A stretch of DNA of 64,000 bases, from contig NC_086384.1 in the NCBI RefSeq assembly GCF_036588685.1, forward strand, positions 48,918,001 to 48,982,000, written 5' to 3'. Made by a program: the position numbers and the translations under genes. Source of the stretch: Mytilus trossulus (Eukaryota). Each line of letters opens with the position of its first letter. Position 1 is the first letter of the stretch. The notes beneath the pieces are model-generated. The model had not been told where the DNA came from. It saw only the letters and a program-made list of their open reading frames with translations, and made no database searches. This document shows positions 40,127-52,300 of this stretch, piece by piece.

Positions 40127-40948
40127 TCAACCCAACAATGTTAGATCTGTAAATTTGCTTTCGCAAATTTTTGGTTCTTCCCTCGCCGGGATTCGAACCC
40201 ATGCTACTGTGATATCGTGACACCAAATCGCCTGCACTGCAGCCGTCCCGCTAGACCACACGACCACCTGGGCTCTCAAAAAAAGAGCTTTAGGTGGCCA
40301 TATGTTACCTTTCCACGTCAGTTTTAATCTAGCGGCGTACTACAGTACATGATATATAAGGCATGAAGATGTTATTGTTACAGATCAGCTAAATTATCTA
40401 TAGTAAAGGATCCTACAAATTAATGTAAGATACAGTCACAGAAAATAATCATATTCATAAGTACGTCTGAGTCAGTGACAACCCTACAACAGATGTATCC
40501 ATCGGATCGCCATCAATGATGGTGATACATGGCTGTGTACATAATGTATATACAACTCGTCTAAACATCAACCCAACAATGTTAGATCTGTAAATTTGCT
40601 TTCGCAAATTTTTGGTTCTTCCCTCGCCGGGATTCGAACCCATGCTACTGTGATATCGTGACACCAAATCGCCTGCACTGCAGCCGTCCCGCTAGACCAC
40701 ACGTGTGGTCTAGCGGGACGGCTGCAGTGCAGGCGATTTGGTGTCACGATATCACAGTAGCATGGGTTCGAATCCCGGCGAGGGAAGAATTAAAAATTTG
40801 CGAAAGCAAATTTACAGATCTAACATTGTTGGGTTGATGTTTAGACGAGTTGTATATACATTATGTACACAGCCATGTATCACCATCATTGATGGCGATC
40901 CGATGGATACATCTGTTGTAGGGTTGTCACTGACTCAGACGTACTTAT
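40127..40948. mobile_element. tRNA-headed (SINE-like) 441-bp unit in partial tandem plus a 492-bp fold-back palindrome, bounded by (TA)n
   Basis: tcaacccaacaatgttag recurs at 40127 and 40568. B box GGTTCGAATCCC (minus, 40188-40199) and A-box-like GTGGTCGTGTGG. Palindrome 40457-40948 centred on 40702/40703. Confidence 0.8.
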
Positions 40949-41048
40949 ATATATATCAATATATATCAATTTGCTTTCATTTCTATTCTATAGAGTTATA
41001 AAAAACAGTCGTAACACGTGTTTATCTGCCTCCTTCTGATGCTACAGA

Positions 41049-43353
41049 TTACATGTTGGAATATTTAAGAATCAAAGTCACTATATCATTGTGTCCTTTT
41101 TGAGTGGCTATTTGCATGGGTGTGGTAAAATTAAGTCCGTCTTCACTTGCACAAGTATTGATATCTGCTCCTTTTTCCAGTAATATTTTAACTATTTCTG
41201 TATGACCTTCACGACAACCTGCAAATATAGGAGAAATACTACCTCTACACATATTTATGTCTGCCTTGTTATCCAGTAACACTTTTACTATATCGACATG
41301 ATTATATCGACAAGAAACAAACAATGGAGATTCCCCATTATCTGGACACTTATTTATGTCTGCATTGTTTGCTAGCAACAGCTTCACTATATCTACATGA
41401 TTATATTGACAAGCAATATGTAAGGCAGATTGCAGACCATCTAAGCATTTATCTATGTCTACTTTGTGACGCAGTAAAAGCTCTACTATATCAAAATATC
41501 CCCTTTCACAGGCAGCAAGTAAGGGCGATTCTCCACCATCATCACACATATTTATGTCTGCTTTATTGTCAAGCATGATCTGAACTATATCAATGTTATT
41601 CTTTTGACAAGCCACACACAGTGGAGATGTTTCACTATTACTACTCTCATTAATGTCTGCTTTGTTTTCAATTAACAATTTTATTATACCAACATGATTA
41701 TTTTGACAGGCTAATAACAGAGGAGTATATCCGCAACTGTTACATTCATTAATATTTGCTTGGTAAGAAATTAACATTTTTACGATATCTATGTAACCTT
41801 CTGCACAAGCAACACACAGGGAAGTTAACCTATCATAATTTCTTGCCTGATCAACATTTGCCCGGTTTTCAAGTAATAGTTTTACTATATCTGCATTATT
41901 ATACAGACAAGCCCCAAACAGGGGAGATGTTCTATCAAATTTGCATTTATTAATATCTGCTTTGTTGTCCAAAAGGATTTTTACAACTTGAGTATAGCCT
42001 TCCTCTGATGCTACAAATAAGGGACTTGTACCATCAAACCTACAAAGATTAGCATCAACTTCTTGATCACAACACCATTCAGTATAGGTTTGTCACCTCT
42101 AAAACAGCATTGTAACAAGACAGTATCATTTGAACTGACACAACGGGTATGAGCTAGTTGTCTTTGGTGTGATTCATCAAGTGTGTTCAAATGAATTAAA
42201 AGTGTCTGTCTGAACTTTGATTGTTCCATGTTGTTATTAGCGAAAACATGCATTACATTCCCAATTGACCAATCCTCGACTAATCTTTGTATGTACATTT
42301 TATGGTATTTAGGTGGAACAATTGTGATGAAGCTGTCCATGTCGTTTTCTCTTTCAAATAAAAATCTTTCCATAATAAGATTACTGTCTGCATTCTTGAT
42401 TAAACACTGAATCATCTGTTTTCCAAAATAATAAGATAAAAAATCGAAAAGTTTATCATGTACAGTTTTGTATACCCCGTGTTCTTTTTTTATGAATGTC
42501 TGTTCAAGCGAATTAAGTTCATCTAATAGGGATAATCTCGATGTTCCCTTATCTAATCTACATGCTTCACATGTGTTCTCGATGACTGTTCTTGTTAATG
42601 TACTTATCTCCTCTGTTAACATTTCTTCCGGCAGTGCATTGTTTTTAAGGACACACAAAGCCAGTGCACAGTATTTAACGAAGTGTCCCTTCTTCTTTAG
42701 TTGTTCCAACTCTAATTCATACACTGAGAATGGATTTTTAAAGAATTCAGTATCTTTTAGGTCAGTATTATCATGATACAATTTACACAGTAGTGGAAAA
42801 CAATCATATTTATCACAGTATTGAATTATATCTGCAGCTTCTGTTCCTAGATATAAGTCTGCTATTGATTTCCTTTCCGATTGCAACAAGCATAAGTCGT
42901 CTGATAACAAATTACAAACAGTGGTTCTGAAAATTGTCAAAGATTCAAATTTTTCGTCTCTATACACTTGTAACCGACAGGCGACGATGATTTTGGTCGA
43001 TTTGTTTTGAATGAATTTTTCAACACGCTTGATAACTGTTTCCCAATTGTTAAGGTCAGAATAATTTACGGAATAAGTTCCACAAAAGTCATCCATAACA
43101 AACAATGTCTTCTGTTCTGGATTATAAAACTTAATAATGTCATCTGGATTTGTTACTGGTAGTACATCATAACCATCATTCGCCATTTTCAAAAATGAAT
43201 GCTGGAGTATTGATGTCTTCCCAACACCAGAACTAGCAGTGATAGTAACACAACTGTTTTCCATTATACATTTAAGCACATGTTTTGCTGCTCTGGTCTC
43301 TACAAACAATGCATCATTCTTCTTCCATTGATTCATTATCTGACTGAACTGAA
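41049..43353 (-). pseudogene. Gene C terminal exon: nSTAND3-type NTPase plus about 10-11 ankyrin repeats, split by a 1-nt frameshift near 42085
   Basis: Acceptor attacag|TT, with ASSGVGKT and LFVMDDFCG motifs. After GDKP the frame homologous to gene B continues TEWCCDQEVDANLCRFDGTSPLFVASEEGYTQVVKILLDNKADINKC into ORF 41049..41972. Confidence 0.88.
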
Positions 43354-43383
43354 CTGTAATATCAAAACAAACGTTTTATTTAT

Positions 43384-44082
43384 CAGTCAGGGGCATTACT
43401 TAAACAAGTAATAATTAAAATTACCTATAAAAGTAATGTTGAAAACGAGGCTAATTTAAATATAACTTATATAAGTTATTTTTCTGAATATTATTTTTAT
43501 AGGTGTCCAAGAATACAGATTTTACTAGCTTTCAATAATTTTCACAGTTATCTGGTTATTTTTCCCTTGATATCTAAAAACTAATTCTTCTGAAACACTA
43601 ATTAACTTTCCGACGCACTTATCTTTCATACCGACGCTTCTGGGTCAAAGATTGGTCTCTTGGGACTATTAAATTATCATTTTCCTCTAAAATCTTGAAG
43701 GTAGACTGATATAAATAGATAGATACTTGTGAATTAATTAAGACCTGAAGTTATTTATAATTTGTAACCTAAATCAGTTAAATATGTGCCTTAGATAAGT
43801 GTTATTGCTATTTTTTTTCAAAAATGTTTAAAATAACTTATTCAGGTAATATTTTTGTCATTATTTTCAAAGTTACCCTTAATCTCTTTACTCCTCTCAA
43901 ATCTGATAAAACCTTCATTTTATGATATAAAATGTTGTTTAAAATCATGAAAACTACATTAAGTGTAAGTTTCTGTTGCAAATTAAAATAACTCTATTAA
44001 GTAATTTTATTATTTTTAAAATAAAAAAATACTTATATAAGTAATTAAAAAAAATAACTTGTTTAAGTAAAGCCCCTGACTG
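43384..44082. mobile_element. MITE in gene C intron 3
   Basis: TIR cagtcaggggc(a/t)ttacttaaacaagt at both ends; TTTAT directly flanks both ends. Confidence 0.8.
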
Positions 44083-44442
44083 TTTATCATATAAGATAGT
44101 TTATCACAAATTGGCAATACTATAACTTTCTTTTATACTGAAACGTCTGACACATGTATAAGAAGGTGTTCTGCAATGCTATTATATGTGATGAAAGGTC
44201 AAAGTGTCTAATTCAATTCGGTTTTATACCCTACATTGATTGGATAAAGTAAAGTCCAAATTAACTTTTGAATATTGATGAAAATGATACCTCCCTATCC
44301 TGGGGACCTATTATTTTTGAAAGTTGTATAATAATACTGGGAAGTTTTTTTGGGATTCTGAATTCCAATTAACTCTCATGACTGTTAATTGCATTTATAA
44401 TCATAAAAAAAAGATTTTCGAATTCAATGTTGCTGTACTTAC

Positions 44443-44539
44443 GTCTTATGTTCCAAGGTACAGTTGATTGGTTTAAATATTTTGTTCTAAGCTCCTTGCA
44501 TTCCTCCGCCATTTGTGAACCACCTAGTCTTTCTACGGC
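44443..44539 (-). pseudogene. Gene C coding exon 3 (97-nt linker exon)
   Basis: tatag|GCC...AGA C|gtaagt, AVERLGGSQMAEECKELRTKYLNQSTVPWNIR. Confidence 0.85.
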
Positions 44540-44699
44540 CTATAAAAAACACATTTATAACTGAATTGGCGAAACGCTGAGACATCTACATGGTTATGTA
44601 GGAGCCATAAGACAGGACATATTTAAACAATTGACAGATGCCAAGCTCAATATTGACCTAAATTGACAAATATCGATTTATACCTTATATGTTTATATA

Positions 44700-44980
44700 A
44701 ATAAACTCATCATAGATACCAGGACTAAGTTTAGTATATACGCCAGACACGCGATTCGTCTACAAAAGACTCATCAGTGACACTCGAATCCAAAAAGTTA
44801 AAAATGCCAAATAAACTACGAAGTTTAAGAGCATTGAGGACCAAAAATTCCTAAAAGTTTTGCCAAATACAACTACGGTAATCTATGTCTGAGGTAGAAA
44901 AGCCTTAGTATTTCAAAAAAATCAAAAAAATTTAACAGTAAATTTTAAAAAATAACCATATCAATGACAATTTATGTCAG
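44700..44980 (-). mobile_element. Second-family retrozyme-like copy with mutated hammerhead
   Basis: Minus strand GTGTCACTGATGAGTCTTTTGTAGACGAATCGCGTGTCTGGCGT at about 44740-44783; flanks resemble the 47665-47940 copy. Confidence 0.7.
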
Positions 44981-45107
44981 CACAAAAAGAGAAAGGAAAG
45001 ATACCAGATGGACAGTCATATCATCAATCGAAAATAAGCTGACAACGCAATGGCTAAAAGACAAACAGAAAAAAAACCAATAGTACACTTGACACAACAT
45101 AGCTATA

Positions 45108-45504
45108 CACAGGCAACATTTTCTCACATGAATCTCACATGAATCTCGCATGAATTTCACATGAATCTCACATGAAATTCCCATGAAAAATTTCACGTGA
45201 GATTCACCTCAATTGAGCTTATACATGAAACTCACGTGAATATTTTCATTTGAATTTCACATGAATTGAGATTTACATGAATCTGATGTGAAATTTTACT
45301 CATGAATTTCACGTAAAATTTACAACAAAAAATGGATAGTTTTCATGATTTTAATTAAATTTTAAAATTCATATGTTATTTGAAATACACTATTTCGTGA
45401 GTTTCACGTATAAGCTCGTTTGAGGTGAAATTCATGTGAATTTCACGTGAGATTCATATTAATTTAAATTCACATGAAATTCATGTGAGTAAAATTTGCC
45501 TGTG
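45108..45504. mobile_element. MITE built of CACATGAA/CACGTGA repeats
   Basis: cacaggcaa...ttgcctgtg termini and mirrored internal repeats. Confidence 0.7.
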
Positions 45505-46499
45505 CAGACTGACAGTATATAACTGACAGTTGTTTCATATCTCAAACATATTTGTAAAACAAGAGTTGACATTGATTCTTTTATGTATTGACATTTTATT
45601 AGTAGTCACTGTATTTTGAAATCAACAAAGACGTAATGTTGAACTTTGAAGGAAAACATGGACTTGCTTGAACTAAATTCTTATATTTCTATGTCTTTGT
45701 GCTAACACATATATTAAAAACTCTTCTACGGTTAAGTAACAACAGTTTCATGAAATATTACAGTCAGTCTAAATCTAAACAGTAGCTACCGACTAAGTCC
45801 CATGAAATTTATTTTCGATGATTTTGTTTACAGAATATTCTAAACAAGAATTGTATGACCTGCATTTACTGATTATTATCAATGATCCATGGAAATGATA
45901 ACTTACAATATTGCCATGCACCAAGCATACCTTTTTATGTAAACTATTATTTTGCACATTGAACCTTGAAAATTTTTGAACGGACCAGAGGCATATACAA
46001 GATGAAACCCTTAGCTGATAAGGCATATGTTTCCATGAAATGAAACATGTCGGCATTCGACCTTCTTATTATAAAAGCTTTTAGGCAAATAGTTTTCGCC
46101 ACCGCGGTTGACCTAATTGTATCCAAACCGATTGTATTCTGATGTTTTTTAATCCAAGATTGCGGATGACAACACACTACTGTTTGTTTAGAGTTACTTG
46201 TCTTAAATTTACACTATTTGCTACTGTAATCGCAAACTATTCCGGATGTTACGAAATTACAAAAAAAAATAAGTTCATGATTTTTACAACCAACTGAGCT
46301 ACACAAAACCTTTTTTTTATATACCTAAAGTATCTGTCCTATGGTTACACAAATGTAATTTGTTTTTAATTTAAATTTTGGTCTACCCCAAAAATTTTCA
46401 TATTTATCTGAAAACTTCATATGATCATGATGATATATACATATAAAAAATACAATTACTTTAGACAAAATGCTAGAGAGGACTATACATTATAATTAC

Positions 46500-46729
46500 C
46501 CCTTTTATATCCTCCCAGGCAATCAAGAAGAAAGGAGATGTGATTTTCATATCTTTAATATGAGCTAGCTTGTTTCGGTAGTATTTAATTCTTGCCAGGT
46601 CGTCTGTAGCTGTGATACCTGTTGGCGATGGTAAATTATCATATCCCCCTGCAGGTTGAGGTAAGTTTGTCACGTTCCTGATTAATGCTACCATTAATGT
46701 CACATCAAACGTCTGAGATGTTATAGAAC
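46500..46729 (-). pseudogene. Gene C coding exon 2 (HEPN C-half, RNKLAH)
   Basis: tatag|GT acceptor, GGG|GTAAT donor, 230 nt, open frame (G)SITSQTFDVTLMVALIRNVT...DDLARIKYYRNKLAHIKD...AWEDIKG. Confidence 0.85.
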
Positions 46730-47698
46730 CTATAAATACACTAAGCTTTTAGTTAAATGAATTTATGAAATGATTTATAAATCATCAGCGATAAAAAAAA
46801 ATACAAAAGAGAATATTGAAGCTAATAAGGCAATGAAAAAATTACAACATGTTATGCGAAAAGGCAAGTTAATTTCAACTCCACATTTGACATTCGTTTT
46901 GTTACTCCTAAAATAAGAATTGAAGTTATATCAATTAATCAACTTGATAATCGACACACCTTAAAATAAAACCACAATGACTATTTATATAAATGTAAAT
47001 AATCTATCAGTGAAACTTGGCTTATTATTCAATTTTGAAATAGAAATACGTTATTCGGGAAAGACAGGACTGTTAACCATCAAATCAAAACAAAAGCAAA
47101 ACATATTATATGTAACTTTGTTTAAATTATTAACACATTCAAAAAGTAGAATTTACAATAAACCCAGGAAGGTATTACATGATTGTTTATGATGGAAATA
47201 GAAATTGAAACAAAATTCACCATAGCTTTTGCCTATTTTAAGTGTTTCGATTGTGCCCATTTTGATTGATTTGCAGGAACAAAAAAAATAGGTAATTCAT
47301 AATAGATAGAACAAGGTAAACTTAATATCTGTTAAGTGTGATTGGTGGTTTCTTTCATTCTAATTTTGCCATTCAAATTTCGTTATAAGTCCGATAAAAA
47401 AGGTACATTCGCTGTACGTTTGTTACTTTGTTTTCACTCACCACCTTTTGGTTAACAATTTATCAAACAAATGATTAAAAGGTAATCTCTATATATCGTC
47501 AGTATAGATAAAAATGTAAAATATTTTCGTTTCAAAGCTTTAAGAGAAAAACGAAGACACAACAGACAAAATAATATTTTCCACACGAGAGGCGAAACAT
47601 ACCAAAGGTTGATGAAAACTAATAACTTGAAGTCAAATATAAACGGACAACACGTTGGCTACCAATAGTTTTCAAAGCTACCAGGATTAAAATTTAGT

Positions 47699-47742
47699 AC
47701 GCCAGACGCGCGTTTCGTCTACATAAGACTCATCAGTGATGC
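47699..47742 (-). ncRNA. Type I hammerhead ribozyme, second family, within retrozyme-like copy at about 47665-48025
   Basis: Minus strand GCATCA-CTGATGA-GTCTTATGTAGAC-GAA-ACGCGCGT-C-TGGCGT. Core intact, one stem I mismatch. Confidence 0.82.
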
Positions 47743-49110
47743 TAATATCAAAATATTCAAAAAGCCAAACAAGTACGAAGTTTAAGAGCATTGAGGATTC
47801 AAAATTACAAAAAGGTTGCCAAATACGGCTAAGGTAATCTATTCCTAGGATAAAAAAAAAATCGTAGTTTTTCGAAAAATTCAAAGTTTAGTAAACAGTA
47901 AATTTATAAATATGACCACATATTTAATATTCATGTCAACACCGAAGTGCTGGCTACTGTGCTGGTGATACCCTCGGGGACGAAACGTCCACCATCAGTG
48001 GCATCTACCCAGTGGTGTAAATAGTAACCAAACGGCTTATTGCATTTTCAGTTTGTTGTAATTATTTATGTTTACTCTTGTTATACGTTTGTTATATACG
48101 AAATAAGCAACGTCGTTTAAGATTAAAAAAAAAAAACGATTAACAGATTATCATTATCATCGTACCGACGAAAGCAATAAAACAATTATTTTTGTGATGT
48201 TCAACGATAATCTAAAATTACATATGTATATTTGTATACACAGTTTTGGAAATATGTTTATCCTTCTTCCAAATATGTAGGTTTTTTTATTCCATATATC
48301 TGTTTATCAAAAGATATCAAGACGACATTGACCTAAAGAATTTCAAGAATTTTTATCCGAACGATTATTCAAATAAAAGGTATCATCATCTTGTAAGACG
48401 TTGTGTAGTTGAACCAGCAAACAACTCGTCCATATACAGGTTGCACGAAAGACGATTACAAGAATAAATTATAATATGAAGGAAAAAATCAGCAGTTACA
48501 ATGTATGTGGTATTTCATACTCGCTGTTTTATAGATCTTACTTTAAATATGGGGATCAAATGCATATAAACACTCCCTGCAGTTAATATCAACGGTTAAT
48601 TTTTTATGGCGTACAGTCCACAAATTATGATATTTTTGATAATGCTTAAAATTGCACAGCATTATCAAATCTTGGGTCTACTGTATTCTTATTTAGCTTT
48701 CGTAATTTCTTGTTGGCATGTAGATCTTTTATTTCCTCTAATTTAAATGAGAAAACATTCAAAATAATGTAATATAAGAAACTTTTTGCCAAAAGTAAGA
48801 TAACAAAATACCGAAGCTAGCCAACTCGTTAACCCTCTCAATTTAATGATCATCGCATGAATTTCCGTTATATTGTTAAACAGGTGTGAACAAAACGATC
48901 AGACATAACAGATAAACATTTCCGAAATGGGACTACAGCAGTCTCTATTCTGTTATAATCTAAATCACTATAGAATTAAGCAAATATGGCAACAACAAAA
49001 AAGCATAAAGACAAGGCATATAAGTTAAAAGGAAAACCAAGAACTCAAACATTAACCTTAAGAAAATAACACGATGGCGGGATGACTTAGTTGTAGAATT
49101 TTAAACCAAC

Positions 49111-49350
49111 CTCCACGGGGAAATAGTAACTACCACTGTTCTGCGTTAATAATATGCTTCTTTTTTTTAAGTCATTCAGTTTTTTAAGTTCCTTTTTGAG
49201 TGAAGATGATAAGCAGGAAGTGTGAAATTCTCTATCAAATAGTACACGCACAGCCCTCGGAGAAATACCAATCAGCAACACATGCAGTCTCAAATAATTA
49301 TCCTCTTCCTCTGAAACATGTGATACGGATATGGCATTGCAAGTTGTCAT
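49111..49350 (-). pseudogene. Gene C coding exon 1 (HEPN N-half), frameshift plus stop
   Basis: MTTCNAISVSHVSEEEDNYLRLHVLLIGISPRAVRVLFDREFH. Frameshift in the A-run near 49161-49168; the homologous frame continues KHIINAEQW*LLFPRG with TAG at 49130-49132. Donor G|GTTGGT. Confidence 0.85.
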
Positions 49351-52300
49351 TTTACCGTATCAAGTAAAGTCGTAAGCAGTTTCTTCAAATTTATTATAAA
49401 AAAAAGTCCTGTTGTTGTCACTGTATTCATAAAAAGTATATTCTCTGTCACTTATTTCAAATTTCATTAAAGTGTGTTGTCTACGGTTGTCTCCTTTGCA
49501 GTTAGTAGTATCACTTTACACTACTACTTAGAACTGTATTCTTTTCTATCCAATAATTAAAGATTTACTGGTCCAATGATATACCGTCTTTCTTGTTGTA
49601 TTGTCAGTTACTTTTAATTTATTCTGAATTATTTATTGTCATCCTTGCTATTTGAGGTTTGTGACATTTGCAAGTATATATATATAATGTCTAGCTGTGG
49701 GGTTAACATATTATGCGATGATTAGATCCGCACAGTTTGTGTAGGCAGTGTGTCAACTGTAAGTCCTTCTTATGTGTATAATTGTCTTGTGTACTTTTTT
49801 CCGATTGTAGATCTATTATTCACTTATATTCTGATATACCTGTAAGTAAAATTGAATTTCAGTTTTAATCGGTTAAATTGATTCAGCGATACTGATATTT
49901 CAAACAAAAAAGCGAAAAAAACACTGACTTAAATTAATATGTTATTATATTGTTTTGATGAAAAGTTTAGTTACAGTTTCTATTTATCCATAAAAAATAA
50001 TTTAAACAAAAGATAAAAGTTTTTAAAACTCCGGTTTAAACTAATGGTTCTATGTTTTGCGCTTAAAACGTGTTGTTCAAATTGAACTCGTAAACAATGG
50101 ATATAGAGTTGACAGAAGATCATCCAATCCTAGATTAATTGAAGTTTCAATACGTTTTAACGGTTTGTTTAACTTGTGTTTTTTTTTTAATATCGACAAC
50201 TACGTATACATGTCATATTCAGGATTCTGAAAACGTTGTTTATGAGATAGAAAGAACTTTACATACACAATTTCTTCATATATAGTCTATGTAAATCGTA
50301 CATACTCATTTCAGGGAAAATGGCGACCAATATTTATTTTTATAGATACAGACACAGATCTACCACCACTGATTAACCCATAAAAAAATGGCCCGATATT
50401 TTACAAATTATGGGGAACATTTTTGTAGTATTTCCTCCGTATCCCTCCCTACAAAAGCGAGGAGTAGCACACACAATTGATTATTTATTATTTTTGCCTA
50501 ACCTTAATTTGAAATGCAATATTTGATATAGTAACCCCTTTGCAACTTTCAAAACTAGATGGTTGCTGTCTCATTGAAGTATACCCTTTATCACCTACCT
50601 AGTAATGGTGGCACTTTTAATATATTCTACGGTATAGGAAAATATATTGACCAGTGCACAAGGAAACGAATGTTGCATTACGATAGCTGTTAATCCATGT
50701 TTGAAATGAAACACAAGGATTGTTATTATTTTTGTGTAGCCCATTTTCTTTAACATCCATTCAATCTTTACTAACATCGTTAACGGATGTTTGCATAGCA
50801 AACGAATTCTTTGGCATTAGGAGTGAGATAAATTGTTCAGTGTTATGAAATGTCATTATTTCATTTATTTTCATTCTTTGAATCTGATCATTACAACACA
50901 AACACGTTAACGTGTGTGATTAAGTTACCTATTAAAATGTTATCAGTTCCTATAAAACTTTCAAAGCTATAAAGAAAACATCTATTTTAGCACAAGCTAG
51001 TTATTAATTTATTATTAATTTTTAAAATGATTATGTGACTGCTAATTTCTCCTTTGAGATAATTATGTAAGTTTCATATAAATTCCATTCAATTCAAATA
51101 TTTAATGTCGTATAAAAAGTTAAATCACATTGAACGACATTGTTCCTTTTTGAATGGTGTCGAAATATTCTTCACCGAATAATACAAATAGCTAAATATT
51201 GCCAATTTTGATTACAAAAATTCCTTGAATACATGATTCATATTCTCATATGTTTTTATAGATATGAGGCTTCCATTCCATATTTCTTTTGTACCTACTT
51301 TTCTCTCGAAAATATCCCTTTTACACTTTATCTTATATTCGGTAACCATGTACATAACCATGTTTTTCCAATCATTTCAATATAATTTTATAATGCAATT
51401 GATTTTTATCAATGGTTCTGATTGGATGAATATTAGCATACACTTCTCTACCATTTGATTAAGGACCTTACGTTTTGAATTTTCCTCAGAGTTTAGTATT
51501 TTTGTGATTTTATTTTCTACCTCCACCTCTGTAACTGACAAAAAACGACATTTTGAATTCTGGAATGCATTGACAGGTAATATCCCCTATCAAAACATGA
51601 AAAAGCAAAACAACTAAAATTTGGAACCTAGGAATATTCTTTATCTAACATGTCTAATTTTATTACGTTCTGAGGCGGTCAAGAAGCCTGAAATTGTCCG
51701 GTGTTTACGTTTGACGCCAATGCATACCTGAGACGTCACCTAGTTTAGGGGAAGGCATCATTTTGCTTTTTTGTGTTTGATTGATGCTTCCTTCCCTCCA
51801 AAAATTTATTGAATTGATAACAACCGAAAATTTGTCATAGACCAGATTGTTTGTAATGACCCTGTTCTTTTCATAATTGCCTGATTCATGGATCTAATAA
51901 AAAGGAAAATCACAAAAATACTGAACTTCGAGGTAATTTCATTTTGTTTTTGATGCGTTAATTTTCCTACACTACGTTACATGCGACTGCAATATTATTA
52001 ATGCTTTCTGTTTAGTCCAATTAATTCATAAATCTTGCTTTCATTTGTTTGTTTCAATTTAACGTAAAATATGCATGCAAACGTCAATGAATACATTCGT
52101 GCTAAACAAGTTTTTTTCTGGCCCAATCAAAACGTTTTTAGGTGATATATTTAAGAAAGTTCAATATATTAGATCATACTTTTTTTTATTTAAGTCGTTC
52201 GTTATTACCTTTTCATGTCTAAATGAAGAGAAAAGACCTGAAAAAACGTTTACCTTTCATTGTTTAAATCTTGCGTGACAAAAGTTCATATATTATAATT

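Noticed and set aside
40180-40275. Functional tRNA gene
   Set aside because: A/B boxes are present but I could not form a canonical cloverleaf with an acceptor stem; treated as a SINE-like head (tRNAscan-SE would decide).
40455-41001. Two mirror-image ORFs MVSRYHSSMGSNPGEG...
   Set aside because: Artefact of the palindrome. GSNPG is the translated tRNA B box, not a 2A motif.
42011-43336. Separate NTPase and ankyrin genes (operon-like pair with 41049-41972)
   Set aside because: A 1-nt frameshift near 42085 restores continuous homology with gene B.
18273-49350. Bacterial contamination or a recently transferred prokaryotic Avs operon
   Set aside because: The genes have conserved GT-AG introns filled with host repeats. 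Ancient relatedness is not excluded.
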